Source: Marsupella aquatica
Lineage: Eukaryota; Plantae; Marchantiophyta
NCBI GenBank assembly: GCA_973895155.1
Contig: OZ316899.1
Span: 5,645,241-5,709,240, forward strand
Direction: 5' to 3'
Length of the DNA: 64,000 bases
Shown: piece after piece, positions 11,863 through 24,181 of the stretch
How positions within the stretch are numbered: the stretch's first letter is position 1
How the letters are laid out: every line of letters begins with the position of its first letter
The notes under the pieces: model-generated
What the model was told of the DNA's origin: nothing
The model's input: only the letters and a program-made list of their open reading frames with translations
Database searches by the model: none
Made by a program: the position numbers and the translations under genes

Positions 11863-13871
11863 ATCATGAAGGCTTAGAAGTCAGTAAGTCAGGGTCGATC
11901 AAGCTATTGACTTAAGGTACGCTCTGGTGGCAAAACACAAAGTATACCTATGGTAAGTATGTATATATAGTTGGGCGCACTTAGCGCTCGTTTATGGGAA
12001 TAAGTACAAATAGGACAATACGCATAGCAGTTTTAACAATTATGATTAGGCTAGGAATAGGTTAGTCAACATAATGAGTGTCAATTACAATGCACACTAT
12101 TACGACTATTTGTTGTACTATGACGGCGGTAGAGTAAAAGTTCATTATGGCAATTCACGCTTGGACCGAGGCAATCACGTTCAACTAGGAGATGGCGGCT
12201 GTAGGTACTCAACGTTTGCATGCCTAGACTCCCTTAAAGACCCCATAAGAACCCTTTTGGTGGCTTGACAACTCATTTTCTACCTCACAGTTTGCCATTG
12301 TCGTTGCTTGATCCCTGTCAGTTTGCACTTACGCTTCGTATTTGCTCTTGATCAAACTAGTTTTATCAACGAAAACCAAAGGATAAGCACGCATTGTAGT
12401 GGGATTTAGTTGGAGTAGTGCAAGGAGACAATTGGGAGTTCCCCATGGGAGATTGTGGACCTGCCTTGCTGCAATAGCAAATGTGGCGTGGGAGACAGAC
12501 TCTATCAACAAACAACAAAGGTTAGCATGACCCTTATTGCTCTCGGATTCTAGACCCTATTTGGGGAGGTAGGAGCCAAGCTATTTGAGACTTATTGGTA
12601 CTCTTGCCCCGAGAAGCCCACATACAAGCAAAGGTACCCTAAATTTGTGATTAAGGTAAGTGGTGGACCCGACCACCCAACGCCTTTACCAATCCTAGCA
12701 CCCACGCCTAAGTGCCCCTGGTGCCTGAACGTCTCCATGGAATACCTTGACCTGGTGCCCCTTGCACCGCCTATGGCCCCTCCCATATGAAGCCGCACTT
12801 GCTCTCCAACACAACCACTACTCAACATTCCTCACTGCCTGGACAAGCAACGAAGCGTCTTGGTAAGTAACCCCTCAGGATCTAGATCTCCCAAGTCTAG
12901 CATCTTAACTCAAGCTCAATAGACATTGGTAAGTAGGGTTGGCGATAGGTCCGATGCCATAAACCGGGACCAGAACTGACACCCATTGTTTGTCTAGAAC
13001 AGCTCCGACCTTCCTTGGGTGCAGCCCGGGTTCCCCCTCGTAACTATCCATCACTGACTGACCGCCCTGCCCGCAAGACATGCTCATGGCCCAAATAGCG
13101 TAGCTTGTCCTAAAGCTTGTCCCAATAGGCTAGGACTAGAATGGCCCCGACTCTAGCAACCAACTCCCAGTTCTTGCCCCACTATTGGTCTAGGGGCCAA
13201 GTGTCCTTGGAACTAAACCTCCACACCTACTTGGCCTTGCCTCCCCAAAGCAAGCTCCCTTGAGAGACTAAACGCGGCTTGGCTGCTGTTTTGGTAGGAT
13301 GTGGCAAGCGGGCAAGATAGCCCCCACAAACCTCAAGAACCTATGGCACTCCTACCCCTAGATGAGCTCAAGAGGATGTACCCCTCCTCAAGATATTTCT
13401 AACGCACCCAAGAAGTCCTCCAATGGACTTCCCGTTGGAAGTTATCACCGTTTCCATTTGGTGTTTTCTCTAAGTGGGGTGACTGCCACGGGTCACAACT
13501 TTGGCTCGCCATTAGCCCCCAGGGAGACACCACTCCCCTCATATATGCTTTTGGAGACCTGCCACCCCCGGACCAACTTTTGGCCCCACACGTAGACCCC
13601 AACCCGCATGTTTGGGCCCGGCACCAACTAACAATGCCCATAACTTTCTAAATAGGCATATGCAAGCGGAGTGCCTTAGCCCGTTGTGATCAAGCCAACC
13701 CGATGCTCATGCCTAGGCCCTTAGATCCCATTGTTGCTTGGGATCCCCGATAGGCCAAACCCAGATCGGGCCATAACTCATGCCCCAAGCATCCGTTGCC
13801 CATGGAGTCAACTCCATTGGCCTTGGGCCCAAGAGGAGCTCTCACTCAAGCCCTCATAGCTCAAAGTCCAT

Positions 13872-14625
13872 TGTCGTGCCAAAATATTTTGGCTCAGGAA
13901 TGGCTTTTATAGGGAATGATGGGCAAGGCCTCTCGGTTGGGTTGCGTGCATGCTGACTTGGAGAGGCTGCTTGGTTGGATGGATTGAGGTTTGGTGATTG
14001 GGTGACTCGTTGTCACCAGGTTTGGTGTTTGGGTGAGTCACCGGGCTTGGAGTTTGGATGAGCCTCGCTGATGGCAACTGGCTCAGGCTGGATGGTTGGG
14101 TTTTTGATGCTACTTAAGACTTGAGCCTCGGCTCATTGAGGTTGGCGGTTGTCTATTGAGATTTGTTGAGTTTCATTCTGTGAGTTTCGCTCCGTTCTGC
14201 GGAACTCAACTATTGTGCGGCGGTTTTGGAGTTATGTGTGAGTGTTTGATCCAGGTGTGGATTTTCCCGAGTTTGGAACCTCGTTGGTCCAGGCCTGAGT
14301 TTCGTGTGAGCTATTTTTGACTAGTTGAGTAGCTAGTCAAGTTTTGGTTTTGTGAGCTAAGGAGGAGAGTTTTTCTGCAAATTTTGAGTAGATAGTCACT
14401 CGAGGAGTTTAGCTCAAGAAGTTAGAGGTAGCGGCCCGCCGTAGGGCCAGCTACCAGACTCTTGCGAGCAAGCTTACTCAAGGGCACCCATTGTAACCTT
14501 TGTGAGAAAAGTAAAAAAAATAAAGGAGTGAGAGTTCGCTCCAAAAAGTGCTTGTCGCCCGTCCCGGTCGCAGCCAAAAATGCGCAGTTTACCCGAGGAG
14601 CCCCTAACTTTAAGTCCTCGCAACA
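13872..14625 (+). repeat. 5' LTR (754 bp)
   Basis: TGTCGTGCC...CGCAACA, a direct repeat of 19787-20536 differing mostly by transitions. Confidence 0.95.
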
Positions 14626-14666
14626 TTGGCAACCATACAAGGGATTCCTTGGGGCGATTGGATGAG

Positions 14667-17450
14667 ATGGGTGACTATGATGAAGTTGATCGGATCTCAA
14701 GCATCGTCATGTCGATGATGAGAACCATAAGGAAGGAAGAGCTTGAGGCGGAAAGGGCAAACAGGGAAGCGAATAGAACTACTTGGTGTCTCCAAGAGAT
14801 TCTGAAGGAGAATGGGCAGTTTGATGGGAGAAATGTGACAAGCTACCTTAAGTCTTACTTGACAGAAGTAGTTGTCTACAAGTTGGACGAAGGGATGGCG
14901 GTGAAAGAGTTCATGGTGCTGGTTGAGAAGGAGTTGAGTTCGATGGTGCGGACCATCGTTGAGTCAGCTGAGGGCTGGGATGACTTCGCCCAGAAGATGA
15001 AAGAGGAGTTCCAAGCGGAGGATGTTGATTGGGTCATGCAGGCTACCTTCTTGGATTGGGTGAATGACAGGAACAAGAAGCTGAAGGGGCCGCAAGAGCT
15101 CCTAAGGGAGTTCAAGAGAAGGGTGTCTTAGTTACCAAAGCGGGATGTGGGGATCATCGAGTTGCAGCGCTTGACGCTCTTCTTGAGGGCAACCGATGAG
15201 GACCTTTGAGAGGAGCTTGAGAACGCGATGGAGCTGCTGGAACCTTCGCCTTGTCTAACGAATGGAACCAAGTTGAGAAAGCAGTGTCAAAAGTGAGCAA
15301 TTGACACCGGCGGCAAGAGCTGGACAAGGAGGCTACCACTCTTGACTTAAGGCCGTTGGAACCAACATTGAGGAAAGGGAAGCAAGAACCAATGAAGGAT
15401 GAGATTAAACCATTGGTGGATGATCTCACGGAAATGATGCAGAACCTGAAGATCTTGGCGACACATGCGATCAAGAATCCGAAACCAAGGGTTGTGAGTG
15501 CTCCCGAGCGGAAGCGAGAGTTGCAGAGTTGGCCATGCATGTGGTGCGACAGCAAAGAGCATGACAAACGGGAGTGCCTGGACCTGAGGGAAGCTGCAGA
15601 TAAAGGGCTGATCAAGTTCATCGATGAAGTGGGTCAGAAAAAGTTATCGTTTGCGGATATTGAGGAGCCAATTCCATTCAACTCCAACAAGGGAGGCATG
15701 AAGGCTTTGGCTGAGAAGCGAGCTGGGAAGCGAGTCAAAGAGGCATCCTCTTTGCACCTGGAAGTGAATGTTTACAATGTGGAGTTGGATGGCCACATGA
15801 CGGAAATGGACAAGGTTTACAAGCGCTTGGCGGATCTGGTGCAAGAGAGATCCGGATGGAGTGACCCGGTGCTGATCAATGCGATAACGGTTGAGGTTGG
15901 GGCTAGTTGGGATGCCTCGGTCAAGTTGAAAAGGAAGAAAACCGACGAGAATGACACCCCGTCTCAATCAGGGGAACGAGAGAGGCGGGATACTCGAGAC
16001 AAGGAAAGAACGGTTAGGTTTGAAGAAGAGGAAATGAGTGAGAAAGAACCGGAGAAAGGGAAACCGATTAGGAAGGATCCAGGCTGGGTTCTTGGCAGGG
16101 ATGTTGACCAGGCTATGTACCCAAAGGTTGTAGCTGAGAAGTTTTGGAGCCAATAGGCTCAAGGGTTTACCAATGCCAAGTTCTTTGGCAGCATGAGGCG
16201 GGAGATCCAGGAGGTGATCTTGGAGAGATCCAAGAGGAAACAGATTTACAAAGAGGGCCCTCACACCTTGATGGGGGAGGCTGGTGAGACGGAAATAGGG
16301 AGTTTCCAAACTTACACTGTTGGGGTGTCCATGGGTTCAGGAAGAAAGTTTGCTGGCCCCGAAGAGTCAGGCTTGGGGATGCCAAAGAGGATCAAGTCCC
16401 TTGGAGGGGAGCTCATGGACGATGAGTTCTTCGATGCGGAAGAGGAGCTCATGGACTTGGACGATGAATTCTTTGATGCGGATGAGGAGCTCATGGGAAC
16501 CGGAAGCAAAGCTGAGTCTGTGGCAAACAGGGACCCGACTAAAGGGAAAGAGCGAGAAGACATTACTGTGCAATCGAGGACCATTCATGTCATAGGCTCG
16601 ATGAAGGGAAACGGTTATGCTTACCAAGATGGATACTGGGCTCGAGCAAGTCCGGAGAGCGAGTGCCAATTGGAAGGAATGGAAGGCAAGGTGCGGGCGC
16701 TCATTGATACTGGCTCGGAGATCAACTTGATGGAACCAAAGGTGTTTCAAAAGGGGAATTGGCCAGTGGATAATGAGTTGCTTTGGAGTGTGAACTCGGT
16801 GAGTTTGATGAAGGACTATCTTTGGGGCGGATGTCCGAATGGGATGGTGAAGTTCGGGAATGTCAAGCAGGCTTGTAATATTTTTGTTCATGAGCCCTTG
16901 TCATTTCCAGTGATACTGGGCATGCCATTCATCACTGAATGGAGGATGGAGACAAAGGTTCTGGACGATACTACCTTCATGGTGAAGGTTCAAGGCAAGA
17001 TAAGGAGGTGGTTCAATTTCTGGCGGTTCTACCTAGAAATAAGAGGAACCGAAAGCAGCTACGAGATCCAACAACAGCAGAAGTTGGCATTGCTATGGGG
17101 GAGAACCAAGATGCTAAGATGGATCTAAGTGCAAAGTTCAAAGGGGAGCCAATTGCGGACCAAAAGATGGGGAGTCTAGTGTTCAAGGAAGAGTGTTACT
17201 CAGGAGAGCTACTGGACATTGGGAAGTATCTGAGTGACTTTGGGAAGCGGCTGAAACAGGATGGTGGAGAGTTCAAAGACATTCAAGTGAATTATGATAA
17301 GTTCATTCTTAGAGAGGGCTACCTTTGGCAGAAACCTAACGGCCCCATGCTAGTACCGAGGAGAGTTGTCAATTCTAAGGATGAGCAAAAGCGGATTTTG
17401 GAGGAAGTCTATGATGCTGAGGTCAAAGGTGGTTTGAAAGGAATAAGGGC
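14667..17450 (+). pseudogene. Degraded gag, aspartic protease and integrase N-terminal stub
   Basis: Gag FDGRNVTSYL, zinc knuckle CMWCDSKEHDKREC and protease ALIDTGSEINLM...PVILGMPF, followed by an integrase-linker-like FILREGYLW..PRRVV..ILEEVYD. Several stops and frameshifts. Confidence 0.8.
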
Positions 17451-19311
17451 TGTAGTATCACACTAGGGACATAAATAAACATTTAAGATTCAAAACTCGG
17501 TATTCATTCCCATGGAAGAACATGTCAGGAATGATTTTCTATGATTTAGCACTTATGAATGAATAAGGTGACAAAAACACAAAGGTTGAACATTTTACTA
17601 TGGTTGCTCAGCAAGGCATAGTTTTGAATGTTTTCTTAACATTGTAAATAAAATTAACAAATGGAAACAATTAATAAAACACAATGAAAATCTTGAGGTA
17701 TGGTGAGGAAGTTAGGAAACAACCAAGGTGACTCCTCAACATAACTTCATTTGATATGATTTAGGTGGTATATTCGCAAGAACATTTCTGGAAAGGATTA
17801 CGGTACTAGGATGATTACTAAAATGCCGTTAACATGTCTCAACTTTTCCTTCCAAGGTATTGAGTGGAGAATAGTAATCAATCACTTCTGTATCCAATCG
17901 GTACTTTGTGTCACAAATAAGAGACACCATCATGATCAAATTTGAAGCCATAAGTAATTAGTAAGTAACAATCTTTGCATCCCGTGCACAAGCAATGTCA
18001 AGTCAAAAACTATGCATCAAGAACTAAGGAATATCCTGATTGAGATCTTCAAAAGGGGATAGAGGGTTATCAGGAATTGGTGAAGAGGTACTTCTGGGTT
18101 CCACAAGTGGTTCTCCCTGGGTAAGAGGGGTAACCTCTGGTTCAACTTCATCAGCATCTTCTCCTTCAGTATCCTCGTGTCCTGATTCACTAAGATCAAA
18201 TTCATCAAGCAGTCTGATCCGCTCCTCTTGTTTGCCTGGAAGTAAGCAATTCCCATGAAAGTATAACTGGCAAAGATAAGCAGGGAGAGTAGTGAACTCA
18301 TCCATTTTCACCTTCTTTACTTGAGATAAAAAAAACCTGTCTTAGCAACAAGGCCCAATTTATCTAAGCAACTCCCTTCCAACTTGCCACAATAGTATTG
18401 GCAAATGACACAGGTATCATATGTGGCCGAATGGGATGGAGAATTGGAATCAAAAACTCTAAAATGATTTTAAGAGTATAATCGGTGCACTGGTCCATTT
18501 TCCATCCATGGCGAACGTTTTGAGTTCCAGAAAAATAAGGCCTCGCAGTCTCTCCTTGTCGTGAGTGAAGGTTGTCACCTTTGGTGGGACAGCCGAAAGC
18601 ATAAGCAACAAATTGCAGAGTCCAGAATTCTGGATTCGCCCGAGCAATTCCCACCATACCAACTTTGATTCGTGCCCCATCACTGAAATCCTTCAGGAAA
18701 CTTAATGAAGTTACAGACCAAGGCAGAGTGAGCAATTTACTCAGGTGCATGACCGCCAGTGCTTCCTTCAAAACGTGCAAGTTTCTTTCCATCGTAGGGT
18801 ATGTCATAGGGACGGCCTTAGGTAAGGGAACTAGCTCTTCTCGCAGTCATCTCTCCCCCTTCGTCTACCATAGTAACAAGGAACAAGGCGTTGTCACCAA
18901 CTATCGATCCGAAGAGATCAATGCCAAGTGATCCACCATTGCGCTTTTGCTCTGTTGCGCCCTTACGCCTTTGCTCCGAAATGCTGTTGCGCTTTTCCCC
19001 CGAAACGCCGTTGCACTTTTGCTCCAAAGCGCCATTGCGCTTTTACGCCAAAACATTCTTTGTAACGCACGGTCAAACTTGGCAGCACCAATCTCCCTTT
19101 CGTGCTTTGAAAACATTGATAGTAGTTTCTTCTGGCTTGTCTCACCTCTACTTAATTACTCAGGGTATTATCCACTAATCTGCCTAACTTAAGTCTTAAT
19201 CTTACTTATATCTAAAAGTAGATTAATTGGCTATGTTTAATCTATTTCTAACTACAAAAATTTTAATTTTTTTTCATTATTTCTAAGTTTCTAATTTAGA
19301 CAGCTATTACA
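17451..19311 (-). mobile_element. Solo LTR (1861 bp) containing a coding remnant
   Basis: TGTA...TACA termini with TSD AGGGC at 17446-17450 and 19312-19316. It holds ORF pieces at 18364-18807 and 18024-18311 and ~22-bp tandem repeats at 18935-19050. Confidence 0.85.
18024..18880 (-). pseudogene. LTR-internal ORF of unknown function (LL.LPW family, acidic tail)
   Basis: LLTLPW..RANPEFWT..AFGCP..GWKMDQC..LEFLIPILHPIRP..FANTIVA, then an acidic segment. Homologs at 11147, 33350, 43814 and 61600. Confidence 0.6.
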
Positions 19312-19786
19312 AGGGCGAAGGTCTGTGAGCAGATCCGAAAGGAGTATTGGTGGCCAGATTTGTATTGGGATGTTCAGGAGTATGCTGACAATCAAGGGAT
19401 CCATCACAACTTGAAGAGGCAGATTCAAGAGCTTGATCGGATTGACTATTGAGTCGTTGACATACAGGAGAGAGTGAAGGTTTGCAAGGCGCAAACTAGA
19501 GATGAAATGGACTCAAGTTCCGACTTGAGTGAGTTTGAAGTCAAGGCATTGGTCCAGGCGCATCCGTTGGACTTGAGTTTCGAAAGTGGCTTGACTGGTT
19601 CTGATTCGGATGAGTTGGACTTTGAGTTTTTGGAAAGTGGAGTGCTAAGGCCGAGTCTGAAGGCTTTGGGTTTGAGTTTCTTGAGGAGGAAGTGATCCAA
19701 GCGCATGGCTCGAGTTTGGACTCAGACTTAGAGGAAATCTGATGGATTGGAGCAGACCGGAGGCTGCTCAGGTTACTGGGGGAGGA

Positions 19787-20536
19787 TGTCGTGCCAAAAG
19801 ATTTTGGCTCAAGAATGGCTTTTATAGGGAATGATGGGCGAGGCCTCCCGGTTGGGTTGCGTGCATGCTGACTTGGAGGGGCTGCTTGGTTGGATGGATT
19901 GAGGTTTGGTGATTGGGTGACTCGTCGTCACCAGGTTTGGTGTTTGGGTGAGTCACCAGGCTTGGAGTTTGGATGAGCCTCGCTGATGGCAGTTGGCTCA
20001 AGCTGGATGGTTGGGTTTCCGATGCTACTTAAGACTTGAACCTCGGCTCATTGAGGTTGGCCGTTGTCTATTAAGATTTGTTGAGTGTCATTCTGTGAGT
20101 TCCGCTTTGTTCTACGGAACTCGACTGTTGTGTGGCGGTTTTGGAGTTATGTGCGAGTGTTCGATCCAGGTGTGGATTTTCCCAAGTTTGGAACCTCGTT
20201 GGTCCAGGCCCGAGTTTTGCGTGAGCTATTTTTGACTAGTTGAGTAGCTAGTCAAGTTTTGGTTTTGTGAGCTAAGGAGGAGAGTTTTTCCGCAAATTTT
20301 GAGTAGATAGTCACTTGAGGAGTTCAGCTTGACAAGTTAGAGGTAGCGGCCCGCCGTAGGGCCAGCTACCAAACTCTTGCAAACAAGCTTACTCGAGGAC
20401 ACCCATTGTAACCTTTGTGAGAAAAGTAAAAAAAATAAAGGAGTGAGAGTTCGCTCCAAAAAGTGCTTGTCGCCCGTCCCGGTCACAGCCATAAACGCGT
20501 AGTTTACCCGAGTCCTAACTTTAAGTCCTCGCTACA
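19787..20536 (+). repeat. 3' LTR (750 bp)
   Basis: TGTCGTGCC...CGCTACA, a direct repeat of 13872-14625. Confidence 0.95.
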
Positions 20537-23500
20537 CCATTTGGGGGTCCGGACGGTCAACCTTGAGCCTGGCCCTTTCCCCTTGACCCAACCAACTCTC
20601 ACCTAGTCCAAGTCCTTAGTGTGTGTCACCAACTTGGCTCCTTGCCTTCGCTAGCGCCCTCGGCTAGTCTAAGCCCTTAGTGTGTCCCACCAACTCATCG
20701 CCTTTGCCAGTGTCATGCCCCATTGCACACAAGTCTCCCCATGTTAAGTCCTCCCCGAATGGCCTTTCCGGGCCTGGACCATAAGGGAGCTCGACGTCGG
20801 AGTAAGCAATGCGGGAGCTAAGTGTTAAGGTAGTTGAGTTCCGCGACTAGGTAGCACAATTCAATTGTGGTAAGGGTACCCTCACCAAGGATTTGGGCTA
20901 CAACAACATCCGGGATTACATTGTCGAGCTGTTCATCAACAACAAAGGCTTTTGGTCTGTAGTTGAGGCAATTTTAGTGGTACCAGTGGAGTATTTCAAG
21001 CTAAAAGATGGCCTAAAGCTTACTTAGGCGGAGTTTGACAAGCTCCTAGACTACCTTGAGCAGCAGCTTGCAGCTGAGCGGAGGGGATCAATTGTCAACG
21101 GGAGGCAGCGCAGAAACTCACCTACCTCGGGAAAAGCTCTAATACATTCAACTAGGATATGGCTACTCTGCCAAAACCTGCCACCAACCGGCCTACTGTC
21201 CCGGCCAAAAGGCTAGGGTTCTGCCTAGCCAGGCCCAAGTATGTGTGTGGACAATGCAAAGTGTTCTTTGGGATCGGCCAGCGAAGGTAGTTTGCACCTG
21301 ACATGACGGGCTCAAAAGAGGACAAGCTTGCGCAGACTATCCTTGGCCCCATACCAGCTTTTGCCCCTTCAACCCCCCAACCAATTCCCAATCTAGGAAG
21401 AGACCCACCCCCTTGGAGGGGGTATTTACATAAGACAGGAAACAGGAAAACAGGAAACCCAAAACAGGAACCGATGACAGGAAACAGTAAACCGAATACA
21501 CCAAACTTAAACAAAAAATACCGGAAACTTTTCTGTTGTTAAGCAAGAACTTGACACCCAAAACAGGGTGTTTAGAAGATTGTAGGCAAGTCCAAAAAAA
21601 ATGATGTAGAATAGCAACAGGCGCTCAAATACTAAGCCGAGGGGAACGGTACATTTGAACCTGGGTTATACTAAAAAGCACAGGCACGCACCAGGCGCTG
21701 CCATTGTAATTGTACCAAATGGAGCTCTAAACAAGAAACTCTGGCGCCTCCGTCGGACCGGTGAAGATACTAGCGCCAGATGCTAGTTCTATCGCTCAGT
21801 CAGACGGAGGCCGACGTGATAAATACGACAAAACCACCGGGACCATCGGACCAACGTTTAGGGTTTTACATCCAAAAGAGCCAACTCCAACCAATTCGCA
21901 TAATTGAACGCCACCCCAAAATCCACAAAGTCTTGCGATACAATTTTTTTTAGTAAGATGGTAGCACCAAGCGCTTACAAAAGATCAAAGTGATCTGCAT
22001 AACCACACCGTAAACGGAAGGTATGAAAGTTTCAAAAAGCTACGCGCATCCGACGCCTCTCGCTTAAAACGGCCTAACAGTAAACTAGTGCTAGGCACTT
22101 CACCGAACTCCACACAATCGATAACCAAAATGGCTACATCTAACGACAAGATTTCTAAATTCCGGTCGAGTCCTGACAAAGGCTTCATCACATTCAAAAA
22201 AACTTGAGCGCTATGGGCACCATAGTCTTAGAGACCAACGCTAGCGCCGGGCGCTAGTCCGCTCATTGGTCGATGAGCCACATTCATCGTTCACTCCAGC
22301 ATTAGATCGGGCTCTATCTGGAACGAAACCGTGCTCATGGTTCCTCACAAATGCCATCGACGGAACTCGCTCATCACCGGTTCGGGGAAACACGCCAGGA
22401 ATGGTCGTGTTTTGGAAATCAGCACGGCCAAGTTCTTCCTATTTCCTCATCTCATCCTCCCGAGTTGGACTGTAAGGAGGAGGTGGCCAATGAATCGTAA
22501 ACCGCTCTGCAAATCTCCTAGGCGGAGAATCCCTCAGCCATGGGATCAAATTGTCACCAGGACTAATGGCTTTGTCTTGGGGGAGATTAAAACGGTTGCG
22601 GAAAGCACTTGTCTCCGACCATTCAGGCTGTTCAGTTTCTGGAACCGATCCCTCCTCCAAAATGATTGTGGTGTGTCTTTGAAAAGAGGCAACGAAGATT
22701 CTTCTCGGGTTATTCATGGTAAGACACCTCTAGGCAGCGGATGGCAGATTCAAAGATATAGTTGACAATACGACCCCGGTCAGCGAAAGAGCTCGAAGAT
22801 TATCGAAAGTGGGAACATAAACCACTAAAGCAGTAGCAAAACTAGGCAGTCAGGATTTAATCTCCCAAGTATTATAAGCAAACCCGGACGACCTGGATAC
22901 GCCCATCGTAATGAGGGAGGGGGTGGACGTTGCATCCTCAAAGTCCCCAAACTACCGGTTCAACATGGAATGGTCACTCCCATCTCACATGATAGTTGCG
23001 ACGTTTACCTTCATCTCCATTCAGAAATGGTCGACCAAAACCAGTATTGGAATCCCGAAATGTTTCTGGCATCCAAAGTCCCGTTGTGACGTGAAGTGGC
23101 CGTTTGGATGAGAAAAATCCGGTACCAGCTCACATGCGAGTCGCGACAGGCCAAACGAACTTAGAACGGGACAAAAGATTACCTCAAAACTTCCACTGAC
23201 GTCATCCAGAGCGTACGGGAGAATCATTGTAAGATTGCCTTGACCGTCATACAGTTATAGTAGCGCCCGACGTTAATATTACAGTATTAAAATGTTTACG
23301 TTAATAACAGAAGGAACAAACAAAACAGTTGTCGCTGACATGTGGAAAACACTTAACGGAAAATGTTTCCAAAATATGTTTTAGTAGCGCCAGGCGCTAG
23401 CATAATTCAATTGAGAAATAGACCCAACATAAACGGAGTTGCAGGTCACTTGTTTCCGACCACTCGGAATGTCCAGTCTTAGGAAGTAAACTGATCCTCA

Positions 23501-24181
23501 AAAATGGACAAAAACGAAATTGAAAAATATGCGAGTATATGATCATGGACATTAAATTATGGTAGCACCAGGCGCTACCATAAAAACATTGCAATATAGA
23601 GAACATAATAGAATAAAGATACACCACAAAAGTATCCAATGTATCGAATACATTTGAATAAACGATGTTTCCAGGTTACATAACAGTAGCGCCCGGCGCT
23701 AGTATAACTTCCGTGTATATAAATCCCAAAATACCCTTTCGAGGCAAATCAATCTGAGAATTCTGATTCACTTGACTCGGACCTGTCGGTGGATTTTGCC
23801 TCCATGTCTAAAAATTTGTTCTCGGCCATATCATCAACATATCGACTACGAATAAATTTTCTATTAGACCCTCTCCTTAATCTCAAACCTTTATGCTCCC
23901 AATGGAGGGTCCGCACACTATCAGCTCATCTAGCAATATTCTCAGCATAGGAAGGTAGTACAAATGGTTTCTTGGGAGTTTTAATATATCACCTAGCTAC
24001 TTTCCTTCTGAGTTGGAAATGCCGGCAAAGATTCCAGTCTGACCTGAGGACGAGAAGTTTAGGGTTTTATGTCAACGCCAAGAATATTTTTTAAAATGAA
24101 GAAAAAAAACGAGAAATCGAAGAGAGAATAAGGTAACCTACTAAAAAACCGGGTTTGCTTAAGAGCTTACTCGGAAGCTTC

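Larger units (their letters stand above)
13872..20536 (+). mobile_element. Non-autonomous Gypsy-type LTR retrotransposon (gag and protease, no RT or RNase H)
   Basis: Two LTRs with TG...CA ends, TSD CCAT (13868-13871 and 20537-20540), a PBS-like TGGCAACC.. at 14627 and PPT GGGGGAGGA at 19778-19786. Confidence 0.9.
12659..20848. mobile_element. About 1.5-kb solo-LTR-like insertion with AGT...ACT termini, itself interrupted by 13872-20536
   Basis: TSD AGGTA at 12654-12658 and 20849-20853. Ends are AGTGGTGGAC and GTTCCGCGACT (imperfect inverted repeat). The empty site is visible in the paralog near 44745. Confidence 0.75.

Noticed and set aside
16410-16497. Short tandem duplication (ELMDDEFFDAEE twice)
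   Set aside because: An ordinary slippage duplication in a gag-protease linker.
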